From a virus: a DNA stretch of 64,000 bases. The number at the start of each line of letters is the position of its first letter. The stretch's first letter is position 1. The translations under genes and the position numbers were made by a program. The stretch is taken from IMG/VR virus record IMGVR_UViG_3300010885_050982, positions 39,388 through 103,387 of that record. The stretch is one strand, 5' to 3'. Under the pieces are notes generated by a model. It was given only the letters and a program-made list of their open reading frames with translations. It was not told where the DNA came from and did not search any database. Positions 27,522 to 37,972 of the stretch are shown piece by piece.

Positions 27522-28061
27522 TTGACAACTTCAAAATGGATTGGAGACGGACCGTTCGGTGCAGTTTTCTCGCCATGCCGAAAGTATCGATACTCGCTCT
27601 GGCGACGGTGGGGACGAGAAAAGACTTTATTTGACACTCCCGTGTCTGGTAGCGATTGCCTCTGCGGATTCATCGGCGTCAACCCGTCAACTGCTGACGA
27701 AATCGAAAACGACCGAACCGTCAGCCGATGCATCGCATTCGCCCGTGACTGGGGCTTCACTGGGATGGTCATGCTGAACTGCTTTGGGTATCGCAACAAA
27801 GACCCGGAAATCATGTTTGCGGAAGATGAGCCTGTCGGGCCAGAGAACAACGAAGCTCTCGGATACTTCGTTAACACTTTGCCGAGAATCGTTGCAGCAT
27901 GGGGCAACGCGGGGTTGCATCGGGGGAGATCGACGGAAGTGAGGAGTATCTTACGTGGTCGGGACAGCGTGTTCCATTTGGGGATGACTGAAGCGGGCGA
28001 ACCGAAGCATCCTCTTTATCTTTCACGAGCAACGGAGCCGGAATTGTGGACGATCGATTGA
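27522..28061 (+). CDS. DUF1643 family protein
   Basis: YRYSLWRRW, FIGVNPSTAD, IVAAWG, GEPKHPLYL; AAGGAG RBS before TTG. Confidence 0.9.
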   Translation: MTTSKWIGDGPFGAVFSPCRKYRYSLWRRWGREKTLFDTPVSGSDCLCGFIGVNPSTADEIENDRTVSRCIAFARDWGFTGMVMLNCFGYRNKDPEIMFAEDEPVGPENNEALGYFVNTLPRIVAAWGNAGLHRGRSTEVRSILRGRDSVFHLGMTEAGEPKHPLYLSRATEPELWTID

Positions 28062-28194
28062 GTGCCATTGAAGAGCAGCAAGTTCGACTTTCTCTGATCG
28101 CCAGAGAGCCGATTCCAGCCGATCTTGCTGAAAAGGCGATTGCCGAACTGGATTACTTACGGATGCTGCTTGGACTTAAAGAGCCGAGATCGCA

Positions 28195-28842
28195 ATGCGG
28201 AAAAAGCTAGGAAAACGAAATGTCGCACACACAGGGGCCATGTGGCAACCCGGCGACTGGTCGTACATCCAATCGCATTATTGTAGTGGTCACTGGATCG
28301 GAGCCAACATCGAATGGTGGTATTCGGAGTGTGTAATCGCATCAAATCGGTCCGCGACCGTCGACTTTGAGGCAATGGTCGGTCGTGAACCGTTTATCGC
28401 GGATGATGTCAAGCCGGATGGATCTACGGTTCGCCAGAGGGAGCGACTTGCAGTCGGGTTTTTCTTTCGGTGGAAGAATCAGATGGTGACAGTCAATTCG
28501 TTCGCGAAAGACGGTTCGTACCTGAACGCGACGACGTATTTTAGCGAGAACCAAATGTGCGATTCTTTAACACCAAACCGCCGGGGGGTTAAGCGATTCA
28601 AGATCACGCGACAGGCAATTATCGACGATCGGGCAGAGCGAAAAGAGCGAGCAGAGATCGAGAGCAAACTGACAGACTTTGCCATTCAAGCCGATCGAAC
28701 GCAGCCGGAAGCGAAAATGGTGGCAAAGATCCTGAAGTCTCTCGGCGTCAAGAAGCGATGCGAACTCGCATCCATGCCGATAGAAAAATTACGAAGTGTG
28801 GCGGAAAAGTATCTCGGTAAACAAACGAAAGAGAAAAAATGA
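28195..28842 (+). CDS. Hypothetical protein (start uncertain)
   Basis: Stop overlaps the dnaN start. Confidence 0.5.
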   Translation: MRKKLGKRNVAHTGAMWQPGDWSYIQSHYCSGHWIGANIEWWYSECVIASNRSATVDFEAMVGREPFIADDVKPDGSTVRQRERLAVGFFFRWKNQMVTVNSFAKDGSYLNATTYFSENQMCDSLTPNRRGVKRFKITRQAIIDDRAERKERAEIESKLTDFAIQADRTQPEAKMVAKILKSLGVKKRCELASMPIEKLRSVAEKYLGKQTKEKK

Positions 28843-29939
28843 ACTTGGTATTCAATCGACATCAAATCACAGACGCCTTCAAGGCAATCTCGGGTGTTAT
28901 CAATCCCAGGACTCCGAAAGAGATATTGAAATCGGTCAAGCTCCAGTGGGGAGGGAACCGATTCTTGCTACTGGGGTCGGACTCGGAAATCAATATGCGA
29001 GTCCATATTGACGTTCCCTTGGAAGAATCGGGCGAGTCCCTGATCCCTGTTGCCAGGGTGAATCAGATCTTGTCGACACTCAGGGAAGACACTGTTGCAT
29101 TCTCGATTACAAGTAAGCGAATCGACATCAAAAGCGGACCGGCAAAGTTTTCTCTTGCGACCGAGAACGCTCAGGACTTCCCGCCAATCGAAGATTTCAC
29201 GGAAACGGACTTCTATCAAATTACAGCCGCCAACTTGCGGACATTGATTTCGCAAACGGTTTTCGCCGTAGATGAGACGTCGACCAGATATTCTCTTGGC
29301 GGGTTGTGTATGGAGCTTGATGGTGACATCTTTACGATGGTCTCGACGGACTCTCGAAGGCTTGCTGCTGCTCAATCGGCAGTAAAAGTTGTTGGCAAGC
29401 CGGAATGGCAAAGCCGACCTGTTATACCAGAGAAAGCGGCAAAACTGATTAAGTCGGTATGCACTGACGGGGACGTTCAGTTTGCAATTCGACCAAATTC
29501 AGCGACATTTCGAACAAAAGATTCCGTGATTGTCGCGAACCTAGTTACGGGGAGGTTTCCTGACTACAAAGCAGTGATTAGATCTGTTTCCGCTTGGAAA
29601 ACAGAATTTGTTGCCGGGCCACTTCTTTCTGCAATCCGACAGTCGATGATCGTGAAAACGAACACAGAATCACGGGGAGTCGATTTTGTTTTTGGAAACG
29701 GGACCCTGAAACTCTCCAGCGAACAGGCGTCAGTCGGTGAGTCCGTGGTGGAGATCCCGATTTCGCACGAATCTCCGCAAATCTGCATTTGCCTTGACCC
29801 TAACTGGTTCGTGGACTATCTCTCGACGTTCGAGCCTACGCAATTGATAGAAATCGGAATCGAAACAGAAAACCATCCGGTTACCCTGACGACCCCCGAT
29901 TATCAATATGTCATCATGCCAATCGGAGCATCGAGATAG
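28839..29939 (+). CDS. dnaN: DNA polymerase III beta sliding clamp
   Basis: 366 aa; QTVFAVDETSTRYSLGG, STDSRRLA, GRFPDYKAVI, YVIMPI. Confidence 0.93.
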   Translation: MNLVFNRHQITDAFKAISGVINPRTPKEILKSVKLQWGGNRFLLLGSDSEINMRVHIDVPLEESGESLIPVARVNQILSTLREDTVAFSITSKRIDIKSGPAKFSLATENAQDFPPIEDFTETDFYQITAANLRTLISQTVFAVDETSTRYSLGGLCMELDGDIFTMVSTDSRRLAAAQSAVKVVGKPEWQSRPVIPEKAAKLIKSVCTDGDVQFAIRPNSATFRTKDSVIVANLVTGRFPDYKAVIRSVSAWKTEFVAGPLLSAIRQSMIVKTNTESRGVDFVFGNGTLKLSSEQASVGESVVEIPISHESPQICICLDPNWFVDYLSTFEPTQLIEIGIETENHPVTLTTPDYQYVIMPIGASR

Positions 29940-29992
29940 ACGTTTCGTTTGGGGTTTTCTTGATTTTCGGTTTGGTTTAGACTGCTGAAATT

Positions 29993-30046
29993 AAATTTTG
30001 GTGACGTGAAAACGAGCCGCAATCCTTCTGGATTCGCGGTTTTTTT
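29993..30046 (+). promoter_or_regulatory. Conserved leader element copy 1 (motif + hairpin + U-tract)
   Basis: AAATTTTGGTGACGTGAAAACGAGCCGC-AATCC-ttct-GGATT-cGCGGTTTTTTT upstream of 30073. Confidence 0.75.
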
Positions 30047-30072
30047 GTTTTTCGGTAAAAGGAGCACACAAT

Positions 30073-31293
30073 ATGGCTGCGACGATTGTTACTGGACCGT
30101 ATGGTCACGATATTGCTGGCCCAACGGCAAAAGTGCCGACGAACGTAGAGCCAGGCATGGAATACATGGACACGGACCTAAATGTCCTGCTGGCAGCTCA
30201 AGCAGACGGCGTCTTGCGTCCAGTTGTCGGCCAGATTGGCGTGTCGACTTACGCCGCAGCAGGGACAAATCAGTCGACCGCGACCGCAATTCTCGGCAGT
30301 CGACTGGCGACTGTTACCGCAGCAGACGGAACAAAAGGCGTATTGCTGCCTGTTATCGCACTCGGCACAATGGTGAGGGTTTACAATTCGAGCGCAAGCC
30401 CGCTGAAGGTTTATCCTGCGGGAACATCAACAATTAACGGAGGCTCCGCGTCAGTCGCAGTGACCGTACCAGCCAACACGCTCGTAACGTTTGCGGCGTC
30501 TTCCGCAACGAACTGGGCTTTCGACTTGCCGTCGAGCAGCACAGGCAACCAAATCGTCGACAGCCTGACTGGCGGGTTAGCCACACTGCCGATCAACGGT
30601 CTTGCTGCTGCTCAAGGTGGGTCTGTAACGATCACTGGTGGAACGTCGTCAACCGCCGGTAACGCTGGTGGGGCGGCTGGTCTGGTCGGTGGAACCCCAG
30701 GCATCACGGGCGTTGGCGGTGCAGTCAGCATCACATCAGGCCCAGGCGGAGCGACTTCCGGGGCTGCCGGTGCGATTACGATCGCTGTCGGCGCAGCAAC
30801 ATCCGGAGCCGGATCTGGCATCACAATCACTGCCGGGGCCGGGGCTGGCGGCACTTCGGCGGGCGGAAACCTAAACTTGGTTGGCGGGACAGCAGTGTCA
30901 ACTGGCATTCCCGGTGAAGTCCAAGTGAACGGCGACTCGGCGTTCATGCATGTCAGTGAAGCGTTGACTGCGACCGACGCGACTCGAACCGTTCTGGTTT
31001 GCGTTCGCCCATGTCGACTGAAGTACGTCCGTGAAGTTCACACTACCGCTTCGTCTTCAGGAACATTGACGGTCGAGAAAGCCACTGGAACAACCGCCCC
31101 AGGCTCTGGAACCGCGTTGCTGACTGGAACAATGTCGCTGGCCGGAACCGCCAATACTGTTGTCAGCGGAACCCTGATCGCGACTGTTGCCAGCTTGACA
31201 TTCGCCGCCGGGGATCGGATGAATATCGTGATTGCGGGGACCATGACAGGCTTGGCGGGAAGCCGCGTAACAATCGGCCTTGCTCCGTGCTGA
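30073..31293 (+). CDS. Gly/Ala/Thr-rich putative virion surface (head fibre/decoration) protein
   Basis: Repeated GGxVxITxG beta-helix-like units; shares leader element with capsid genes. Confidence 0.65.
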   Translation: MAATIVTGPYGHDIAGPTAKVPTNVEPGMEYMDTDLNVLLAAQADGVLRPVVGQIGVSTYAAAGTNQSTATAILGSRLATVTAADGTKGVLLPVIALGTMVRVYNSSASPLKVYPAGTSTINGGSASVAVTVPANTLVTFAASSATNWAFDLPSSSTGNQIVDSLTGGLATLPINGLAAAQGGSVTITGGTSSTAGNAGGAAGLVGGTPGITGVGGAVSITSGPGGATSGAAGAITIAVGAATSGAGSGITITAGAGAGGTSAGGNLNLVGGTAVSTGIPGEVQVNGDSAFMHVSEALTATDATRTVLVCVRPCRLKYVREVHTTASSSGTLTVEKATGTTAPGSGTALLTGTMSLAGTANTVVSGTLIATVASLTFAAGDRMNIVIAGTMTGLAGSRVTIGLAPC

Positions 31294-31366
31294 TCGTTGG
31301 GGTTGAAACAAAACCAGAGCGTGACCATAATTTGGTCACGCTTTTTTATTTCACGGAGGAACCAGA

Positions 31367-31564
31367 ATGTCAGTGGCAACAGCGAACCAGCAAATCGTCG
31401 AATTGCATCGTGTGCGGGAAATGGAATCAAACTACGCGAAAACGCTGCTGTTGCTTCGTCTGCTCAAAAGCGGCGAAGTCACCATTGACGACTTCAGTAT
31501 CACCGAAAACGGGTGGACTCTTGTTTTGCCTAATCCGCAACAAGACGCGAACATTGCACCATGA
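31367..31564 (+). CDS. Small hypothetical protein
   Basis: GGAGG RBS; overlapping stop/start with next ORF. Confidence 0.55.
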   Translation: MSVATANQQIVELHRVREMESNYAKTLLLLRLLKSGEVTIDDFSITENGWTLVLPNPQQDANIAP

Positions 31565-31791
31565 CCACAGGAACAATCGGACCGTTCCCGGAATGCAGCG
31601 ATTACTGCAAGGGTTGTGGCAAAACGCTGACGATTGAAAACGCGTGGATGACGGACGGGTGCCCGTGTAATTCCATACTCGGGGTTAACGACATGAACCA
31701 GACCCGATGGAGACTGTTAATGCAGTTACAGCAACAGCAGGCGAGGAATGTCGAGTTTTTGAGGCAAGCCACGAAACCATCAAAAAACTGA
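31561..31791 (+). CDS. Small Cys-rich hypothetical protein
   Basis: CKGC...DGCPCN. Confidence 0.5.
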   Translation: MTTGTIGPFPECSDYCKGCGKTLTIENAWMTDGCPCNSILGVNDMNQTRWRLLMQLQQQQARNVEFLRQATKPSKN

Positions 31792-32593
31792 GGCTACGGA
31801 TGGCCAACGGGACCTGTCTTTCATGCTGCGCAGATCTGTCGCCGAGCGCGAGGCGACGAGTTCCGTTGTTCATTGAGTGCTGTGCTCACTGTTGGAGAAG
31901 AGTTCCAATCGCAGACCGCCTTCGGTTGTCCATCGCTGTCCGCGACCGTACGGCTGGTGGGGTTCTGAACGAGCTTGCTGACGTTCTCACTCGGACGATT
32001 CAGCTTCAGCAGAATGGAGAATGCGATGACTGAGCGAAACGACAGTCGCGTAGGCGAAGGAAGAACCGAATGAGTGAACACATTCCAGAAACGACCGGCC
32101 CTCGCTGCTCTCGCTGTACTGGCCCGCTTGGCAAGTGGGGTCAAGACGGAGTTTGTATGGAATGCTTGGATGGCGATGTTGCCGATCCTATCAATCGAAC
32201 AGAAGAGATTCGCGACCGAGACGACTCAGGTCGACATCGGTATGCGAAGCGGGACGACAGCACGAAGTCAGTAGTCGTACCGGTGAACGGGTCCACACGG
32301 CCAGTATGATTTGAACTCTAAGTCGCGAATATCGTGCATTGGAAATTCACGCCTCACGATTTTCTTCGCTTCGGGAATACGTGCGTTGAAGTAAACGGCC
32401 AATCGAACCCACATGTACCCATCGTATTCCACGACTTCGGTTATCATGTCCACCTCACGCCTGTTGAATGCAAAACCAATAGGTATAACGCAAAAACTCT
32501 CTCTTGGATCACAGAAATCGCAATTACAATATTGACCCCATTTTCAAATTGACTTAAACGTATGTGATTAATCGAACAATCGAGACACGAAAC

Positions 32594-32648
32594 AAATTTT
32601 GGCAACGTGAAAACGAGCCGCACACCCGATGGGTGGAGCGGCTTTTTT
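32594..32648 (+). promoter_or_regulatory. Conserved leader element copy 2
   Basis: AAATTTTGGCAACGTGAAAACGAGCCGCa-CACCC-gat-GGGTG-gaGCGGCTTTTTT upstream of the protease gene. Confidence 0.75.
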
Positions 32649-32667
32649 CGTTTATGGAACCCGAAAA

Positions 32668-34521
32668 ATGTCCGCCGGACTTTTGGAACAACCGATGGCT
32701 CGACCTGCTCAACAGCAGTCGACGGTGTTTCCAATGGAAGGCGAGACGCAATCGCAATTCTTCGATCGCGCTTGGCGAGCGATGAAGCAATCGATTCCAA
32801 AACCGAATTCACGTACGCAAGCAATCATCCGAATTTGGCAGCAGTCGGGCGGTGATCAAGATCTCCGCCAAACTGCTCAAGAGCGATTTTCGGAAGATCG
32901 ATTCACTCATTATGGTCCGCGATGCATTTTCCTGAGTCACACGATCCCAGAAGTCGCTGAAGAACGTGACGAAAATGATGAAGTGACTCAGCCTGGTCGC
33001 GAAGGGACTGTGTACGACCGGAAGAATCTGCAAAAGTTGGTCGACTACGCCAACTATCGAATTCGAAATGCCGATCATTTCGCGGCGCTATCCGAAGGGC
33101 ACATGCCGACCTCGGACGAGAAGCGCGCGGGTCAAGGTGATGCCGAGGTTCTTGGGTATGCGGGGCCGTTCTACATTGGGTTGTTCGGCAACGAAAAACC
33201 TCAATGGTCGATTTGGTGTGACGAATGGGTCCACAACGAAGATGTCGCCAAGGCCGAAAAGCTTCAACGCCGATCTCCGGAGATTTGGTGCAAAGAACCG
33301 ATCGAACGCCGAACGATGGACCCGATTGCCATGCTGGGCAGTGAAACGCCTCGTCTCGACAGCGGCATGAATTTGTACGCGAAACGGGCTGATGGCCAGC
33401 TTGTGATGCGTTACTCGATGGGAATGTCGATGGCGCTGCCCGGCGCTGACAACTCCTATGTTCCCGGATCAGAGGCCGGGCACAAACAAAAATATGGAGC
33501 CGAACAAATGCCATTTCCCGGACAGCAAGGACAGCAACCTGGAACTCCAGACGGCGCTGCCGGTCAAGGTGGGATCTCGGTCGAGACTGTCGCGCAAGTT
33601 CTTGCACAAATGATGCCTGCAATCACTGACGCGGTTTTCAAGATCTTGAATCAAAACAATCCTACGGACGACGATGCTGTCCCACAGGACGGCATGGACG
33701 GTGGGCCAGGTCAAGACGGTGAAGACGGTATTCCGCGTGGTATCGATGCCCCGGAAGATGACGGTCAGCAAACCGCCAAGCCGCAAGCTCCTCCACAGCA
33801 CCAAGCGTCACCGACACCTCCATCCCCAAAACCAGTTTCACCAAGTCCACAAAGCGCTACTCCGGGTGGTAACTCAAGTGGACCGCCAAGCCCTCCGTCT
33901 GTCGCCGGTGGGGATGCTCCGAATCCACACTCTCCGCAGTCGACTCCAGCCAAAACCCATATTGACGATAAACACGCCCAATACGCCGCGATGTCTCCCG
34001 AGTGCGGGAATGCATACGCGGCGGGGTACTCCGCTTGCTCCATGAAAGGACGACCTATGACCGAGAATTACAGCAAAATCGAGGAACTCCAGCGAGAACT
34101 GGCGGCGTGCCGAACTCGGATCAATGACCTGGAGCAGGACAAGCGAGACGTCACTCTGTACGCCAAAATTCACGCGATCGCGGCGGAGCATGAAATTGGA
34201 GACGAAGCCGAGCACATGGCCGCGTGCCTCGACATGGACGAAGATGGTGTCGAGAAATATTGCAAGGCGTTGTCGTACGCTCCAAAAAAGAATGAAATCA
34301 CGAGCGTTGATCTTTACGACGATCCGAACTTCGACGAACCGGAGCGGTATTCCCGTGGTGGCCGATCTGCTGGCCGACAACCAAGCAAATCCGATATCGA
34401 TCGTTATCGGCGTGAGGCAGGGGACCTTGCCGTGCGCAAGCGACAAAAAGGAGTCGAAACGAACTTCGAGACCGAGTTCAACACAATCCTCTTGGCCAAC
34501 GGTTATCCAGCGGCAAGCTGA
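32668..34521 (+). CDS. Prohead protease (Mu gpI-like) fused to scaffold
   Basis: YDRKNLQKLV, SEGH, VLGYA, RRSPEI, IAMLGSETP followed by Pro/Gln-rich linker and coiled coil; sits upstream of decoration and capsid genes; ATG 32668 chosen because earlier starts lie in the leader hairpin. Confidence 0.78.
   Translation: MSAGLLEQPMARPAQQQSTVFPMEGETQSQFFDRAWRAMKQSIPKPNSRTQAIIRIWQQSGGDQDLRQTAQERFSEDRFTHYGPRCIFLSHTIPEVAEERDENDEVTQPGREGTVYDRKNLQKLVDYANYRIRNADHFAALSEGHMPTSDEKRAGQGDAEVLGYAGPFYIGLFGNEKPQWSIWCDEWVHNEDVAKAEKLQRRSPEIWCKEPIERRTMDPIAMLGSETPRLDSGMNLYAKRADGQLVMRYSMGMSMALPGADNSYVPGSEAGHKQKYGAEQMPFPGQQGQQPGTPDGAAGQGGISVETVAQVLAQMMPAITDAVFKILNQNNPTDDDAVPQDGMDGGPGQDGEDGIPRGIDAPEDDGQQTAKPQAPPQHQASPTPPSPKPVSPSPQSATPGGNSSGPPSPPSVAGGDAPNPHSPQSTPAKTHIDDKHAQYAAMSPECGNAYAAGYSACSMKGRPMTENYSKIEELQRELAACRTRINDLEQDKRDVTLYAKIHAIAAEHEIGDEAEHMAACLDMDEDGVEKYCKALSYAPKKNEITSVDLYDDPNFDEPERYSRGGRSAGRQPSKSDIDRYRREAGDLAVRKRQKGVETNFETEFNTILLANGYPAAS
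34468..34501 (+). repeat. 34-bp exact repeat, inverted partner at 60467-60500
   Basis: gagaccgagttcaacacaatcctcttggccaacg. Confidence 0.93.
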
Positions 34522-34574
34522 ACCTCGCAGCTCCCGTTCACCCGACAATAAAAACCTGTTGAAAAGGTATAAAA

Positions 34575-35000
34575 ATGCCGACAAATCAGCTTCAAAACAT
34601 GTACGCGAACAGCACGATTCCGTGCTCCGTGTTCGTCGTGCCGGACTCGTCGCACAACAACTCCGTCAAAGTGTCGGTGGCGGCCACCAACGCTCTACGT
34701 CCTTCGGGAATCAGTCAGAACAGCAACCGAACGCGACCGGACCCGGACTTTTCGTTGACAACGCAAGCACAGCAAATCGCGGCGATTGCAGGAGAAAACG
34801 TCGGGGTGTGGTGCGACGGTGCTACTGGAGTTGATCTGGTTTGTGCCGCCACATGGGCCGCTGGCGACCTGATCATGTCGGACGCCAGCGGATATGGAGT
34901 GGTTTGCACCAGCGGCAAGTTTTATGGTGCCCGCGCTCAGTCAGCCGGTGTGATTGGCGCGCTGTGTCCTGTCGACGTCGTTATCGGCTACCTCCCTTGA
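34575..35000 (+). CDS. Capsid decoration/cement protein (DUF2190-like)
   Basis: AAIAGENVGV...AAGDLIMSDASGYGV...A..AGVIGAL; between scaffold and capsid. Confidence 0.75.
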   Translation: MPTNQLQNMYANSTIPCSVFVVPDSSHNNSVKVSVAATNALRPSGISQNSNRTRPDPDFSLTTQAQQIAAIAGENVGVWCDGATGVDLVCAATWAAGDLIMSDASGYGVVCTSGKFYGARAQSAGVIGALCPVDVVIGYLP

Positions 35001-35047
35001 TGTTTGCGGACGGTTGAACAATCGGCGTCGTGTTGATGCCAATCGAG

Positions 35048-35105
35048 AAAATTTGGCAACGTGAAAACGAGCCGCACCCAAGTTTGGGATGCGGCTTTTA
35101 TTTTT
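35048..35105 (+). promoter_or_regulatory. Conserved leader element copy 3
   Basis: AAAATTTGGCAACGTGAAAACGAGCCGCA-CCCAA-gt-TTGGG-aTGCGGCTTTTATTTTT upstream of the major capsid gene. Confidence 0.75.
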
Positions 35106-35118
35106 GAAAGGCTCCACG

Positions 35119-36186
35119 ATGGCTCCAGCGCTCAATAAGGTTTTACCAAACGCGTACAACGTTTACGTTCCGAATGCCAAAGACAGCGGAAATCTGTTTG
35201 TCGATTTCTCGCGAAATATGACGGACTGGGCCGTCAATCGGTACTGCCAAATTGTTCCTGTACAACAAACGGTTGGTATCTGGTATCAGATGGGCTTGGA
35301 TCAGCGTGCTCGTTTGATCGATAACGACCGGGCAAAGTATCGTTGGGCGCCGGGGCAGGATCGGCCTGATCCACACGACCAAGGAGATTATTTCTCGGAA
35401 CTGGGTTTCAGGTGTCAGCGGAACACGTATGTTGATCGGCTCGATAAAATGATGAACGAGCAGGCGGTCTGGGACGAGCGGAAGCGTCGAACCGACGCAC
35501 TCGCTCAGCTTGCGATGACCGCGCGAACCAATGCGGTGCTCGCCAAATTGACCGACTCGACGCAGTATCCATCGTCGCACGTACTTGACCTGTCGACCAG
35601 CGCATTCACTGGCCAGACGGGGAACTGGGCGGCTTCGACGAGCGCCCGCGAAACAATCAAGCGGACGCTGAACTACGCCAAAAAGATTATCACATTGGAT
35701 ACCCGCGCTGCGGTCAAATCCAAGAACCTGCTGATCGTCATGGGGCCGGAAACTGCCGAGCAAATTTCCGTGACTCAGGAAATTGTCGAGCTTGTCAAGC
35801 AAAACGCGAATGGAATCGACTATTTGCGAAACAAAGGCGAGTTTTCAAAGATGAATTATGGTCTTCCTGACCGTCTTTACGACACGGAATACGTGATCGA
35901 AGACACAGTGTACGTGAGCACGCAACGTGGTCTGATCACTCAGACGGCGGCGTTCTCACTGCCAATTGGGACCGTGCTCGTCCTTCACCGACCAAACGAC
36001 CTGGAAGGCGTCGAAGGCGGTCGTAGCTTCTCGACAGTGTCGATGCACATCTACCGTCAAGACGACATGATGGTCGAATCGGACAGCGATAGCTGGAACC
36101 GGGTTGAAAAGATCGCCGTCACCGATACCTGGGACGTGAACATGACCGCACCGGTGTCCGGCGTCCTGTTGCAGAACGTGTGCTGA
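35119..36186 (+). CDS. Major capsid protein (HK97 fold)
   Basis: 355 aa, position after protease and decoration genes, C-terminal APVSGVLLQNV typical of gpE-like capsids. Confidence 0.82.
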   Translation: MAPALNKVLPNAYNVYVPNAKDSGNLFVDFSRNMTDWAVNRYCQIVPVQQTVGIWYQMGLDQRARLIDNDRAKYRWAPGQDRPDPHDQGDYFSELGFRCQRNTYVDRLDKMMNEQAVWDERKRRTDALAQLAMTARTNAVLAKLTDSTQYPSSHVLDLSTSAFTGQTGNWAASTSARETIKRTLNYAKKIITLDTRAAVKSKNLLIVMGPETAEQISVTQEIVELVKQNANGIDYLRNKGEFSKMNYGLPDRLYDTEYVIEDTVYVSTQRGLITQTAAFSLPIGTVLVLHRPNDLEGVEGGRSFSTVSMHIYRQDDMMVESDSDSWNRVEKIAVTDTWDVNMTAPVSGVLLQNVC

Positions 36187-36198
36187 TCCAAGGACGCC

Positions 36199-36225
36199 TG
36201 GATTTTCTAAGACTTAGAAAATCCA
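36199..36225. promoter_or_regulatory. Palindromic site copy 2 (perfect 13-bp arms)
   Basis: TGGATTTTCTAAG-A-CTTAGAAAATCCA just after the capsid stop. Confidence 0.6.
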
Positions 36226-36262
36226 TGGTGTCTGTTCCATTCAAAAAAATTAGAAAACATCC

Positions 36263-36811
36263 ATGACAGTAACATCTTACGCCGATGGGAACGCTTTTCT
36301 TCAGCGGTACGATTACCGACTGATTGGCGACCTCGTCCGTGATGATGGGACGCAAGAGAACCCGGCGACGCTGCCGACAAACCCGAATCTCCTGACGGCG
36401 CTGTCGGACGCATATGGAGATATTGTTGCGGCGGCTGTGGTTGGTGACCGGTACACGGTGTCGCAGCTTGACCCGGCGAATCTATCACCGGCAGCTTTGT
36501 CCTATCTGATTCGGCTGAACTGCGATATCGCGCTGATCATGATCAAGCGGCGTCGCGGAAAATTCGATCCAGAGAAAGACGGAGCGCTGCTGAAAGAAAA
36601 CAAGGAAAAGCTGGCCGGATTGAAAGATGGCTTGGCACAGATGTTGGGTATCCATGACGCAAACGCGCAAGCGTCGGTCATTGGTATGGCTCAGCCGGAA
36701 TTGATTCCGATTGAGCAAAGAAACTCGATTCGGTGGAACACTCGCAACTACTACCCAGCCCGATACTACTACAACAGTAAAAACCGTCAGTACACAAGCG
36801 GCGGAAACTGA
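36263..36811 (+). CDS. Head-tail connector (Mu gp36/DUF1320-like)
   Basis: SYAD..AFLQRYD..LI...ALSDA..DI...RY...LIRLNCDIA. Confidence 0.72.
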   Translation: MTVTSYADGNAFLQRYDYRLIGDLVRDDGTQENPATLPTNPNLLTALSDAYGDIVAAAVVGDRYTVSQLDPANLSPAALSYLIRLNCDIALIMIKRRRGKFDPEKDGALLKENKEKLAGLKDGLAQMLGIHDANAQASVIGMAQPELIPIEQRNSIRWNTRNYYPARYYYNSKNRQYTSGGN

Positions 36812-36826
36812 TAAGGGGATTGATTC

Positions 36827-37372
36827 ATGGCCGCAAACACTCTTCCAACCGGGATTGTGGTCCCATGCTTTTACGTGACGGGCCCACTCCAGATCTGGGG
36901 CAATACCGGTACGGCGGGCGCGATGGAGTTTCTCGGCTGGACACGTGGCGGTCTGGAAATCCAGGAACAGCCGTTCATTTCGGAACTGAAGTCGGACTAT
37001 TCCGGTGGAGAGCAAGGTCCATTCGCGGATATTCAATGGTTAGGTGAAGTCCATCAATTGACGGCGGAGCTTGGCCAGTACAATCCCGCGATCCTTGCGA
37101 AATATGCCCGTCGCGTGCAGGCGGGTGTGGCAAGTCGAACAAAGGGCATGCTGATCGGCTGCTCGTCCGGGTATTTCCGGGTTCTATTCTTGGCAGCCAA
37201 CTTCGCTCGCAACTACACACGAGTTTTCATTAACGATCCGATTTCGTACGCGCCAATCGGGACCCCAGCAACGTTCCCTCGACTCACGTTCACGGGTTTG
37301 GAAGATCCGGCAATCGCGGATGGCGGCCCGTGGAATTCTTCCTACACGGTCAGCGGTTCTGTCGTGACATGA
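36827..37372 (+). CDS. Putative tail tube protein
   Basis: FLGWTRGGLEI...SDYSGG..GP.ADIQWLGE; precedes chaperone gene. Confidence 0.68.
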   Translation: MAANTLPTGIVVPCFYVTGPLQIWGNTGTAGAMEFLGWTRGGLEIQEQPFISELKSDYSGGEQGPFADIQWLGEVHQLTAELGQYNPAILAKYARRVQAGVASRTKGMLIGCSSGYFRVLFLAANFARNYTRVFINDPISYAPIGTPATFPRLTFTGLEDPAIADGGPWNSSYTVSGSVVT

Positions 37373-37429
37373 ACGGGATTACGTGTTATTCTTGTGCCGG
37401 GATTTATTTTTTGGCACAAGGAGAATGCG

Positions 37430-37972
37430 ATGTTGCGACGTCTGATAATCTGGATTCTTCAATGCCTCGGGTTCGATCCCAGGGGCATTTTCTCGTTTTG
37501 GGATGGCAAACGGTGGCGACATGCCGATCCGTTTGTGGTCGCGCGAAAGCTGTGGGCCGTCGAGATTCCTGACAATGCGATCCCAAACATCAAGGGGCCA
37601 CTCGTTCCATTTGAATCTGAATCTTCACGCCGCCTGATTCAAAGCGGGATCGGGAGCCAGATTGAGCGAGGGTACTCGGAGGTGTCGAGCGCTGTCCGGG
37701 CGGCGTTCGGCGTCGTTCCATTGAGAGAAGGTGGTCTTACGGAAGCGGAGTGCGATGATCTTCTCCAGAGGTTCGAAAACTACATGGGTGACGTAAAAAA
37801 AAATGGCAGTGGCTCGCCGACTTCGCCACTCAGTACGGATTCGACCGAAAAATCAACCACGAACAGCGGTTCGGCTGCTGGCTCAACCTCAACCGATCAA
37901 GCCTTCGTTCTTCCCGATGTGTCGGGTATGGAACTCACTTCGGGAGAGATTTTTCACTCGACCAATGCATAG
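37430..37972 (+). CDS. Tail assembly chaperone (zero-frame product)
   Basis: AAGGAG RBS; follows tail tube; A9 slippery run at 37795-37803. Confidence 0.7.
   Translation: MLRRLIIWILQCLGFDPRGIFSFWDGKRWRHADPFVVARKLWAVEIPDNAIPNIKGPLVPFESESSRRLIQSGIGSQIERGYSEVSSAVRAAFGVVPLREGGLTEAECDDLLQRFENYMGDVKKNGSGSPTSPLSTDSTEKSTTNSGSAAGSTSTDQAFVLPDVSGMELTSGEIFHSTNA

Noticed and set aside
30004-30012. ACGTGAAA in the leader element as a chromosomal parS site
   Set aside because: Only the right half of the parS palindrome matches; the left half is not complementary
32629-32667. ORF-track start of the protease (and 35089 for the capsid)
   Set aside because: These starts fall inside the conserved leader hairpins; downstream ATGs at 32668 and 35119 fit better
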